Shown here piece by piece: positions 9,845 to 17,955 of a DNA stretch of 20,000 nucleotides. This DNA is from an uncultured virus (IMG/VR IMGVR_UViG_3300035208_004867). Lineage: Duplodnaviria; Heunggongvirae; Uroviricota; Caudoviricetes. Position numbers and translations under genes: made by a program. How positions within the stretch are numbered: position 1 is the first letter of the stretch; each line of letters begins with the position of its first letter. Location of the stretch: IMG/VR virus record IMGVR_UViG_3300035208_004867. The stretch is one strand, 5' to 3'. Under the pieces are notes generated by a model. The model worked only from the letters and a program-made list of their open reading frames with translations. It was not told where the DNA came from and did not search any database.

Positions 9845-10215
9845 AATATATCATGGTAAACGGAGGAACAGTGGGATTCGGAACAGGTGCTGTTGTTACG
9901 GGTGGTATATTTACTATTACATCGGTACCAAGTACTGATGTGCTTATTGATAACAACGGAGTATATTCTGGATCTTTATCTTGGACTTTTGCAGGAGGAA
10001 GCGGTACAGGGAGCGTATCAGGTACCGTAACCGGATCAGGAACTATAACGGCAGGAAGCACAAGTACAAAAGCTGATTCAAAGACTGTTGTCCTTTCTGG
10101 AGATTCTGTAACGGCAACTTTTACCGGGGTGGATTCTGACGGGAATACAGTAACATATGCTGCCCAGCAGGTAGAAATACTTACGGCTGGTCAAAGTGCA
10201 GTAAAGGCGGATTGA
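9841..10215 (+). CDS. Spike tip protein, PAAR-like
   Basis: 124 aa Gly/Thr/Ser-rich, GTGA-coupled to the spike gene; S..VLIDN..V, STKAD.K.VVL.GD and terminal I..AGQ..V motifs of PAAR-like tips. Confidence 0.6.
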   Translation: MKYIMVNGGTVGFGTGAVVTGGIFTITSVPSTDVLIDNNGVYSGSLSWTFAGGSGTGSVSGTVTGSGTITAGSTSTKADSKTVVLSGDSVTATFTGVDSDGNTVTYAAQQVEILTAGQSAVKAD

Positions 10216-10216
10216 T

Positions 10217-11896
10217 ATGGCGACAAGTACTGATTATGCATATTACACAAATTTGTGGCAGAAAGCTTATTATCTTGAAATTCTGAACAGCAGTAAGATA
10301 GTTGTGCAGTCTTTTGCTTTTTCTATGCCGCCGCAGTCATCTAAAATAAAGATAGGCCAGAGAATAAATGAAAAAAGAACTTTCGGCGGATTGTTTACTG
10401 ATGATTATGGAACCGATACTGCCCAGATATCTCTTTCGGGTAATACGGGAAATTCCCAGCTTAAAGAAATAAAATTCAACGGAGTCGCACAGTTTGTAAA
10501 CGGGGAAACCGAATCTCAGATTATATTAAATGACATTGCACAGTATAAAAATACATATCCAACGGATTTTGCAGATTATAAACTATATCTGTATGATTTG
10601 AGTCAGTCAACAGTAACGGGTGTTGCTTCAAAATATTCCGGATGGGAAGTAAATCTTAAAGATGTTACAATTTCAAGGGACGCATCAAGACCTTTGTTCT
10701 GGAATTATTCTATAGAATTCACCGGGATACATCCTTTAGGAATTAAATCATACAAAACAAACGGTCTTTATGGTTCTACGGCAATTGAACTGCTGGAGTC
10801 TCTTGTTACAGCAGTACAGACAGGACTTGCAGCACTAAAAAAAATCCTTGCATCCTATACATCCGTAGTAAGTACAATAGTATATGCAGAAAGCCTCTGC
10901 GATGATCTTGTATCATCGGTAACAGAATATGCGGATACTCTTGAAGGGTTTATAACAACAACGGAAACAGGAATAAATTCAACATTCCAGATAATAGAAT
11001 TTCCCATGTCTCTCGCCACAGAACTTGTTGATGCAGTACAGGACATACGCACATCATTTGAAAATTCCGTTGATACAATAGAAAATGATCTGACTGATGT
11101 AGAAACAAAAGCAGATACAACCGTTGAAATATACACAGACCTGTTCAATGTTGAGGATGATGCATACAGTGTACGTGCAACAGCAAAAAAACTTGGAAAC
11201 ACACCGACTGTTGAGACTGTCCCAAGCGATACGTCCGGAGCAGTATCAGCGACCATAATAAGCAGTAATACAACGACAAGCGGGACGACGGATACAGAGC
11301 TGTCCCTTTTAAAAACATATGGATATAAATCAGAAACAGCTACGTCAGAAACAACTCTTGACAAACTTGCGGTAAAATATTATGGAAGCGCTGACTATGC
11401 GAATACGATTGCAATTTATAATAATATAAAGGGTGATTCTGATATTATTACGGGTATGGAACTTAAAATACCGTATCTGTCATACACTCAGTCGATAAAC
11501 AACAATGAGACTTATTCTGCATCAGGTACAGATTTTTATGGAACTGATATTTCTTTGTCCGATAACAATGACATGGAACTTGCAGAGTATGGAGATTATA
11601 AAACAGTTGACAGTGAAAACAATGTGGGACAGGCAATGAATCTGAGGCTGGCAGAAGATAAAAGTTCACGTGTAAGACTTGATAATTACGGAATAACAAG
11701 TGCTGCCGGTACAGTAGATTCGGCAAGTCTTTTAGTCTTCGTTTCATCCGTAAAAGATACGCTTGTTCAGGATCCCAGAATAAACAGCGTTGAAAATTTC
11801 AGCACAAAAGTTGACGGAAGCACTGTTTATCTGTCTTACAATGCAAATCTGGAAAACGGGGGAACATACAGCTTCACATCAAGCGTTTCCTCTTGA
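10217..11896 (+). CDS. Fused baseplate protein: tube-initiator-like N-terminus, LysM domain and gp25-like sheath initiator
   Basis: N-terminus F.MPPQS..I...QRI...RTFGG.F.DDYG.D...ISLSGNTG; LysM-like TLDKLAVKYYGS...IAIYNNI...GMELKIP at ~11348-11473; gp25-like YGTDI...NVGQAMNLRL...YG...LVQDPRI at ~11537-11896. Confidence 0.7.
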   Translation: MATSTDYAYYTNLWQKAYYLEILNSSKIVVQSFAFSMPPQSSKIKIGQRINEKRTFGGLFTDDYGTDTAQISLSGNTGNSQLKEIKFNGVAQFVNGETESQIILNDIAQYKNTYPTDFADYKLYLYDLSQSTVTGVASKYSGWEVNLKDVTISRDASRPLFWNYSIEFTGIHPLGIKSYKTNGLYGSTAIELLESLVTAVQTGLAALKKILASYTSVVSTIVYAESLCDDLVSSVTEYADTLEGFITTTETGINSTFQIIEFPMSLATELVDAVQDIRTSFENSVDTIENDLTDVETKADTTVEIYTDLFNVEDDAYSVRATAKKLGNTPTVETVPSDTSGAVSATIISSNTTTSGTTDTELSLLKTYGYKSETATSETTLDKLAVKYYGSADYANTIAIYNNIKGDSDIITGMELKIPYLSYTQSINNNETYSASGTDFYGTDISLSDNNDMELAEYGDYKTVDSENNVGQAMNLRLAEDKSSRVRLDNYGITSAAGTVDSASLLVFVSSVKDTLVQDPRINSVENFSTKVDGSTVYLSYNANLENGGTYSFTSSVSS

Positions 11897-11921
11897 AAAA
11901 TATTATAGAAAGTTGTATCAT
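11893..11921 (+). promoter_or_regulatory. Sigma70-like promoter
   Basis: TTGAAA (11893-11898), 17-bp spacer, TATCAT (11916-11921); each hexamer is 5/6 to consensus. The AT-rich context lowers specificity. Confidence 0.5.
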
Positions 11922-11958
11922 TAATTAAGAAATAAGTGTTTCCAAAAAAGAAGAAGGG

Positions 11959-11988
11959 GCACGGCGGTAATATCGTCGTGCTTTTTTT
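11959..11988 (+). terminator. Intrinsic terminator
   Basis: Stem GCACGGCGGT / ATCGTCGTGC (10 bp, two G-U pairs), AAT loop, then T7 (11982-11988). An upstream A-tract may make it bidirectional. Confidence 0.75.
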
Positions 11989-12009
11989 ATATATAACGGG
12001 GTAAAAAGA

Positions 12010-13089
12010 ATGAGCTTCAATTTACGGACATATTCCGCCATTTATGCTTCAATTAAAGCTTATATAATAGCCAATCAGGATATTATAACAGATTTTAATG
12101 ACGGAGGTGTCCTTTCTTCAGAAATAGAAGCTTTCTCAAGACAACTTGCTCAGGCATACGCAGAAGACAGAGCCGGATTTACAGAAGTTCTTAAAAGACT
12201 TCCCTACTCTATATTTGATTTTTCTGCGAAAGATGCAGTGGCGGCCACAGGATCAGTCACCTTTGCCAGAACTGATACAACGGCGGCAGTAACAATATCA
12301 TCGGGAACTCAGGTATCTACTACCGGAGGAGTCGTATTTGAGACTACAGCAGATGCGTCAATGGCCATAGGAACGGCAAATGTATCTGTAGCCGTCAAGG
12401 CCGTAACATCAGGTACGACAGGCAACGTATCCGCCGGTACTGTAACAACTATTGTATCTTCTGTGGATGCTGATTCTGTAACAAACTCATCGGCTATGTC
12501 CGGTGGTGTAGATGCTGAAACGACATCCCAGATGCTGTCACGGTTCCGTTCTTACATTATGGGACTTTCAAAAAGTAATAAATATGGAATTATGTATGCA
12601 GCTCTGTTGAATACATCAGTAAGATCGGCTTCAGTGCTTGAACATTTTCCACCGAAAAGCAATCTTTATAATTTTACTCTTTATATAGACGACGGTAACG
12701 GGTCAGCAAGCAGCGAGATGATCGCAGTTGTAAAAAATATTATTGACGGAGACGGAACACAGACAAATCCGGGATACAGGGCTGCCGGAATAAACTGTGA
12801 TATACTGGCTCCTACAATTCTTTATCAGGCGGTTACAGCTACTATTACCGTTAATTATGATGTTGATGTAGATGAAGCAAAGTCAACCCTTGGAAGCGCA
12901 ATTACATCATACATAAACAGTCTTGTTCTAGGTGAAACCCTCATAAGATCTCAGCTTATGAAGGCAATATTAAATTATACATATGTTACAGATATAGTTA
13001 TATCTTCTCCCTCTGACAACGTGACTGCTGACAACAGCGAGATTATAAGAGCCGGAACAATAACGCTTACGATGGATCAGGAAGAGTAA
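12010..13089 (+). CDS. Baseplate J-like wedge protein (P2 gpJ / Mu gp47-like)
   Basis: 359 aa; ITDFN.GGV, ATGSVTF, GTQVST..GVVF.T, GT.GNV.AG, VTN.....GG.D.E....L..R motifs of Baseplate_J. Confidence 0.92.
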   Translation: MSFNLRTYSAIYASIKAYIIANQDIITDFNDGGVLSSEIEAFSRQLAQAYAEDRAGFTEVLKRLPYSIFDFSAKDAVAATGSVTFARTDTTAAVTISSGTQVSTTGGVVFETTADASMAIGTANVSVAVKAVTSGTTGNVSAGTVTTIVSSVDADSVTNSSAMSGGVDAETTSQMLSRFRSYIMGLSKSNKYGIMYAALLNTSVRSASVLEHFPPKSNLYNFTLYIDDGNGSASSEMIAVVKNIIDGDGTQTNPGYRAAGINCDILAPTILYQAVTATITVNYDVDVDEAKSTLGSAITSYINSLVLGETLIRSQLMKAILNYTYVTDIVISSPSDNVTADNSEIIRAGTITLTMDQEE

Positions 13090-13090
13090 A

Positions 13091-14209
13091 ATGTCAAGTT
13101 ATGTTTCTTTTATTGATAAACAGCCGGCTCTTATAAAAAAAGGCAGTCTTGAAAATACTGCTGTTATATGGGAAGGAATTTCACAGGAATTTGACACATA
13201 CAGAACTAATGCAGAGGAATGCAGCAGTGTACCCGTCACGGCAGACAATGTCACGGGGGAACTTCTGGATGAACTTATAAAAAGAACCACAGGATATACA
13301 AGAAGTCTTCAGATGACAGATGCACAGCTTTTCAAGTATATCCCTATATTTTTCAGAAAGAACAAAAATCTTTCATGGGCTACGAAGTGGTCAATAATTG
13401 ATTCATTCAGCTACCTGCTTGATATAAACTATCTTTATCTTGTAGAAAACTGGGTGGATACAAATCTTTTGACAGGCAATGATTTTGAAGATTATGAGGT
13501 AGGAGTAAAAACAGCACAGTTCGGAAACTGGATACCTTCGGGAAGCACAGTGAATATCCTTTCTGACGGACAGTTTGAAGGGTCTAAATGTCTTTCGCTT
13601 ACAGGCACGGGAAGCGTTTATCAGGATGTCACAAGTGCGGCGGGAACATATATACTTCTTGTTCCTTATACAGGCAACGGTAAAATCACCGTGCAGAGAA
13701 CTTCTGACAGTTATTACTGGAATTTTACGACAATGGCATGGAATGCCGCTGCATCATCTAAAACAGTATCAAACAGTACTGCATATTATAAAATTCAGGA
13801 ACTTTTTATAATATTCAGTTCAGATGATACGGCAAAAATAACCTTTGAACCGGCGGAAAGCTCAGACACTTTTATGACAGATTACATTCAGTATGGATTA
13901 AAAGCAGCGTATCCGTATATAAAAATTATCTATAAAATATTAAGTCCTGTCGGAGAGTATGTAAACAACTGGCCGGCAGGAAATGATCCGATAACTACAC
14001 AGGTACTTGGCAACGGGTCAAGTGTTCTGGGTTCCGGTTCTTCGGTACTGGGCAGGGTAGGACTCAACGAAGACAATGCTACTTTTATGGACAATGATTT
14101 TATTTTCGGTGCCGGTGCAAGTTATCCTTCTAATTTTTATCAGAAAATTCTAAATGATATAAAACCGGCGGGTGTAAAAGCTGTATTTTCATTTATAGGG
14201 GAGGATTAA
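13091..14209 (+). CDS. Second baseplate wedge protein (P2 gpI / Mu gp48-like) with an inserted jelly-roll/CBM-like domain
   Basis: Follows J; N-terminal TGELLD and C-terminal LNDIKPAGV are gpI/gp48-type motifs. The central NLL.GNDFE...W...FEGSK.L.L segment resembles carbohydrate-binding-module folds. Confidence 0.65.
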   Translation: MSSYVSFIDKQPALIKKGSLENTAVIWEGISQEFDTYRTNAEECSSVPVTADNVTGELLDELIKRTTGYTRSLQMTDAQLFKYIPIFFRKNKNLSWATKWSIIDSFSYLLDINYLYLVENWVDTNLLTGNDFEDYEVGVKTAQFGNWIPSGSTVNILSDGQFEGSKCLSLTGTGSVYQDVTSAAGTYILLVPYTGNGKITVQRTSDSYYWNFTTMAWNAAASSKTVSNSTAYYKIQELFIIFSSDDTAKITFEPAESSDTFMTDYIQYGLKAAYPYIKIIYKILSPVGEYVNNWPAGNDPITTQVLGNGSSVLGSGSSVLGRVGLNEDNATFMDNDFIFGAGASYPSNFYQKILNDIKPAGVKAVFSFIGED

Positions 14210-14214
14210 AGAGT

Positions 14215-15558
14215 ATGGGTGAAATAACAAGAACACATTTTATAGACTCGGAAATTACAAAAACAGAAGACTTCCAGCTTGCGGCTGATTCTGCTTTTGA
14301 TACTGTATCAGATCTGTTCAGTCAATGGTTTGCGGATATAACGCATGATGTAATTGTTTCTGGTCTTGAGGTACAACAGGAAACAACACCGAGTATGAAC
14401 GTACTTATTAAAGCAGGTTTCGGATACCGGAAGAATGCAGAGGAGATATGTTTTCTGTCGTCAGATCTGTCCGTTTCTATTACGGCAGCAGATGCTTCCA
14501 ATGACAGGATTGATACGGTAGAATGTAAACTTAAAAAAACCGATCTGGATGCACAGACAAGAAAATTCAAAGACCCGACTACTGGCAATGAGTCTTATTC
14601 CAGCGTCTATACTAAATATAAATTATCAGCAGAAATAAAAGTAGTAACAGGTACAGCTGGAACAAGCGTTGCTCCGGATGTTGACAGCGGATACATGAAA
14701 CTGGCTGAAGTAAAAGTTCCTTACGGTGTAACAACTATTGTTGCTTCGAATATAAAAAATTCCAGCGCTGATTACGACGGACAGATAAACAGTGGATGGA
14801 CTGCGGATACCGCTGTCACTTTCCGTCTCGGATCAGTTAATGAGATAAAAGAGACCCTTCTTACCCATACAGCAAATACACAGCCGCATGGTGCATCAGC
14901 ATCGGCACTGGCATCGAGACTTATGTGGAGGGATGCTAACGGCAGGTCTCAGGTTTTAGCTCCGTCAGCAGACAGTGATATTGCACGTAAAGTTGATGTG
15001 GATAACTCATACGGATCGATTATTAACGATGATCTTACCATTGCAGGGACGAAAACTTTTTCAGAAACAATCCAAGGGGATATATCAGGTAATGCGGCTA
15101 CTGCTACATTGGCAGATACCGTGAAAGGCGGAGTTGAATCTGCTGAAAGGCTGACAACTGCAAGAACAATAGGCGGTGTGAGTTTTGACGGCTCTGCAAA
15201 TATAAATCTTCCCGGCGTAAATATATCCGGAAATCAATCCACAACCGGCAACGCCGCAACCGCAACAACCGCCGCATCATGCAGCGGGAACGCCGCTACG
15301 TCATCGTCATGCAGCGGGAACGCCGCAACCGCAACAACCGCCGCATCATGCAGCGGGAACGCGGCTACGTCATCGTCTTGCACCGGCAATGCGGCGACGG
15401 CAACATCTACAAGACTTTGCAAGGCATATTCTCCCGGTGAAACTTATCCAGCAGGATATTATATAGATTTAGGGTCCATCGGCGGCTCTATTAATAATTT
15501 AATAGTTTTAGTCAGTGGAACAGTCCCAGATTTTCATTGGTATTTAAGATATAATTAA
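14215..15558 (+). CDS. Tail fibre protein 1
   Basis: N-terminal baseplate-attachment motifs (GLEV...PSMNV.I.AG, AD.SNDRID.V, G..KLAEV.VP), then fibre motifs GNAATAT and LTTARTIGGVSFDGSANINLPGVN..GNQ.TTGNAATAT. Confidence 0.85.
   Translation: MGEITRTHFIDSEITKTEDFQLAADSAFDTVSDLFSQWFADITHDVIVSGLEVQQETTPSMNVLIKAGFGYRKNAEEICFLSSDLSVSITAADASNDRIDTVECKLKKTDLDAQTRKFKDPTTGNESYSSVYTKYKLSAEIKVVTGTAGTSVAPDVDSGYMKLAEVKVPYGVTTIVASNIKNSSADYDGQINSGWTADTAVTFRLGSVNEIKETLLTHTANTQPHGASASALASRLMWRDANGRSQVLAPSADSDIARKVDVDNSYGSIINDDLTIAGTKTFSETIQGDISGNAATATLADTVKGGVESAERLTTARTIGGVSFDGSANINLPGVNISGNQSTTGNAATATTAASCSGNAATSSSCSGNAATATTAASCSGNAATSSSCTGNAATATSTRLCKAYSPGETYPAGYYIDLGSIGGSINNLIVLVSGTVPDFHWYLRYN
15250..15405 (+). 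repeat. GC-rich in-frame tandem repeat, 69-bp unit (39+30 bp), about 2.2 copies
   Basis: AACGCCGCAACCGCAACAACCGCCGCATCATGCAGCGGGAACGC starts at both 15250 and 15319; encodes alternating GNAATATTAASCS / GNAATSSSCS. Confidence 0.9.
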
Positions 15559-15656
15559 TTTAACAAATTACAGATGATTTATATTCTGTTCCGTCGGGTC
15601 ATGCATATATATTGATAACCAGAATTTTATAAAAATATAATAATTAAGGAGGTATT

Positions 15657-17051
15657 ATGGCTGAAAACATAACGACTGATAATGTGGTAAGCGGTGATTC
15701 GTTTGACGAAAAAACAGAACCTACTTACGAAGACAAAGTAGTAGGTTACGATACCGCGAACTCTAAAAATATAAAAATCATCATAAGCAGTCTTGCAAAA
15801 AAAATTATAACCGGCGGTACTGTACAGACAACTATATCAGGGGCAGACAGTATACCTGTATACAATGCCGGCGGTGCTGTAGCCGGATATATAACATATG
15901 CAAATCTTGCCAGTGCTTTAGCCGCGGCAGGTACAGCACAGACTGCTATGGCCGATGCGGACAGAATTAAATTGTACAACGCAGCCGGAGGTATTGCAGG
16001 ATACATAACATATGCAAATTTAAAAGCAGCTTTATCATCAACTTTGGGTACCAATTGGCCAACAGCACTTGCATCGGAACTTGGTGCAGGTGGTGCAAGT
16101 TTACTGGGATTATCTGCACTTAAATCCAACATGGCTACAGCACTTGCAAATAATCTCAACTGGGGACGTGCGGCAAATGCTGCTGATATACCGCTTCTTA
16201 CGACAGATGTAATAACATCACTTCTGCATGTAGGTGATTATGCAGCTTTTGCATCGACAGCTCCGAATGTGCCTGATGCACACAACTGGTATGTAATGTG
16301 CGAGGTTGGGGGATATTCTGCAACAGGTGCAAGATACAGGGCACGGCGTACAGGCGGGTATGAATATATCGGGGATATATTAACAGCAGGTACAGTCACA
16401 TGGATAAAGGCATGTACACCTCCTGTTGGTTTTGTATATTTTCAAGGTACGAATGATGCTGATCCTGCAACGCTTTATCCTAATACAACATGGGATGATG
16501 TGTCATGGGAAGAGGCGAATACGACACGCCGCACTATCGGTAGTTTAGCAGGCGCACGGTTTACCGGAGTTCCTGCCCATCTTGCAGTGTCGGTAACAGG
16601 CAATGTTCCATCCATTACAATAACCAATGGCGGTAGCGGATATCTATCAGGCGGTAACGGGACAATTACACTGACGGTTGTCGGCACATGCACGACTCAG
16701 GCTACACGGACGGCAACGGTGACAAGCGGTGTCATCACTGCAATAAATGTTGTAGCAGCCGGTGCTGGATATACTTCGGGAGCAGTAGCGGTTTATGATG
16801 GTGTTGCAAGATATGCCGATATGGTACAGGGACATATTTTCAGAAGCATTTCTCTAGAAGGAGCTTCGGAAATAAAAGGGTCTTATAGCGTGGCCAGTGG
16901 TAGTGTCTATAATGTTCCTGCAATTGCAGGAACAGGAAAATCTGTTATTGCAACAAATATATCTACTGACGGCACAAACGGCACGCCACGCATCGGAGCA
17001 CAGACATCGAGTCCATGGTCAGCAGTAACTAAATGGAGGAGAACGGCATGA
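15657..17051 (+). CDS. Tail fibre / receptor-binding protein 2 with C-terminal collar-like domain
   Basis: TAAGGAGG RBS; 464 aa Ala/Gly/Thr-rich; PVGFVYFQ...P..L.P.TTW ... QGH ... DGTNGTPRIG..T.P.....W.R.A C-terminal module; followed by a chaperone-like gene. Confidence 0.8.
   Translation: MAENITTDNVVSGDSFDEKTEPTYEDKVVGYDTANSKNIKIIISSLAKKIITGGTVQTTISGADSIPVYNAGGAVAGYITYANLASALAAAGTAQTAMADADRIKLYNAAGGIAGYITYANLKAALSSTLGTNWPTALASELGAGGASLLGLSALKSNMATALANNLNWGRAANAADIPLLTTDVITSLLHVGDYAAFASTAPNVPDAHNWYVMCEVGGYSATGARYRARRTGGYEYIGDILTAGTVTWIKACTPPVGFVYFQGTNDADPATLYPNTTWDDVSWEEANTTRRTIGSLAGARFTGVPAHLAVSVTGNVPSITITNGGSGYLSGGNGTITLTVVGTCTTQATRTATVTSGVITAINVVAAGAGYTSGAVAVYDGVARYADMVQGHIFRSISLEGASEIKGSYSVASGSVYNVPAIAGTGKSVIATNISTDGTNGTPRIGAQTSSPWSAVTKWRRTA
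15816..16043 (+). repeat. Diverged 114-bp (38-aa) internal duplication in fibre 2
   Basis: GTVQTTISGADSIPVYNAGGAVAGYITYANLASALAAA versus GTAQTAMADADRIKLYNAAGGIAGYITYANLKAALSST. Confidence 0.85.
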
Positions 17052-17548
17052 TATTTTCAAAAATTGAAAACGGAATTATATGCAGCAAAATATCTGTATC
17101 AGTAAAACCGGACGGGTATGAGCTTGATACGTCTGACAGCCACACGGGTGAACGGCGTGATTTTTTTGATGATAACTGGAACAGAAAATCATTATCGGTT
17201 CTGGTTGCTGAAAAACTTGTTGACATACCATCGGGTTATAAACTTGAGCAGAATGAATTTGTTGAAATGACCAACGAAGAAAAAATAGAGGCAGGAATAC
17301 TCAAACCCACCGAACGGGAGAAAATAGCAGACGGGAAAATTGTATCAAAAACAGCAGAAGAATTATACGCTGATAAACTCATAACAGCAGGAGAATATAA
17401 TGAGTATATAGATACATGCAGAAAGTCGGAATATGTTGCAACAACTGACAGTATATTCTGGGATTACCAGGAAGACAAAGCAACCAAAGCCGACTGGGAG
17501 AAAGCAAAACAACTTATCCGTGACAAGTACCCGAAGGTGGAGGAATAA
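17048..17548 (+). CDS. Putative tail fibre assembly chaperone
   Basis: GGAGGA at 17035-17040 and ATGA overlap at 17048. C-terminal R...Y....D.IF..........W......IR.KYP is typical of fibre-associated chaperones. Confidence 0.6.
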   Translation: MIFSKIENGIICSKISVSVKPDGYELDTSDSHTGERRDFFDDNWNRKSLSVLVAEKLVDIPSGYKLEQNEFVEMTNEEKIEAGILKPTEREKIADGKIVSKTAEELYADKLITAGEYNEYIDTCRKSEYVATTDSIFWDYQEDKATKADWEKAKQLIRDKYPKVEE

Positions 17549-17869
17549 ATGCCTGAAATTGACGTGCTGAAACAGAAGATAGAATTTGTGGAAAAAAACT
17601 CAAAAGACCGGTGGCAGAATGTGGAAAAAGAAATGTCGGACATAAAACAACAGCTTGCTGATCTGCCGGATGAAATAGTTAGGCGAATGAATGAAACCAC
17701 TGACCTTAAAATCTCTGTAAAAATATCAGAACTTGATGCAAAAATCGAACGTGATAAAAATGCTACGCAGAAATGGATCATAGGTATTGCGATTACGGCA
17801 ATATTATCATTGATTGGAACATTGATTACAATTATATGGAGTGTTGCACAAAATGGAGGCATAAAATGA
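17549..17869 (+). CDS. Coiled-coil protein with one C-terminal TM helix (XhlA/BlyA-like lysis-cassette membrane protein)
   Basis: GGAGG RBS; charged heptad N-terminus, then WIIGIAITAILSLIGTLITIIW; sits upstream of the endolysin. Confidence 0.55.
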   Translation: MPEIDVLKQKIEFVEKNSKDRWQNVEKEMSDIKQQLADLPDEIVRRMNETTDLKISVKISELDAKIERDKNATQKWIIGIAITAILSLIGTLITIIWSVAQNGGIK

Positions 17870-17955
17870 AATTTCAGACAAATGGAGAACTTGTTAAAAA
17901 AGAGTATTCCTTGGCGATGGATTATTATTTCAGTATTAAAAAATAAAAGGAACAG

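Noticed and set aside
2812..14209. Tailocin, eCIS or T6SS rather than a phage
   Set aside because: Neck/head-joining genes, the chaperone frameshift pair, the lysis cassette and an early-type unit fit a phage. No eCIS ATPase or T6SS membrane complex is seen, although capsid genes lie outside the window so this is not fully excluded.
15559..15656. Protein-like frame QITDDLYSVPSGHAYILITRIL after the fibre 1 stop, suggesting a frameshifted tip
   Set aside because: It has no start codon, stops lie just upstream in that frame, and fibre 1 already ends in a plausible terminal motif (WYLRYN). Unsupported without homologues.
14215..17548. Invertible or DGR-diversified tail fibre cassette
   Set aside because: No invertase, reverse transcriptase, flanking inverted repeats or template/variable repeat pair is visible in the window.
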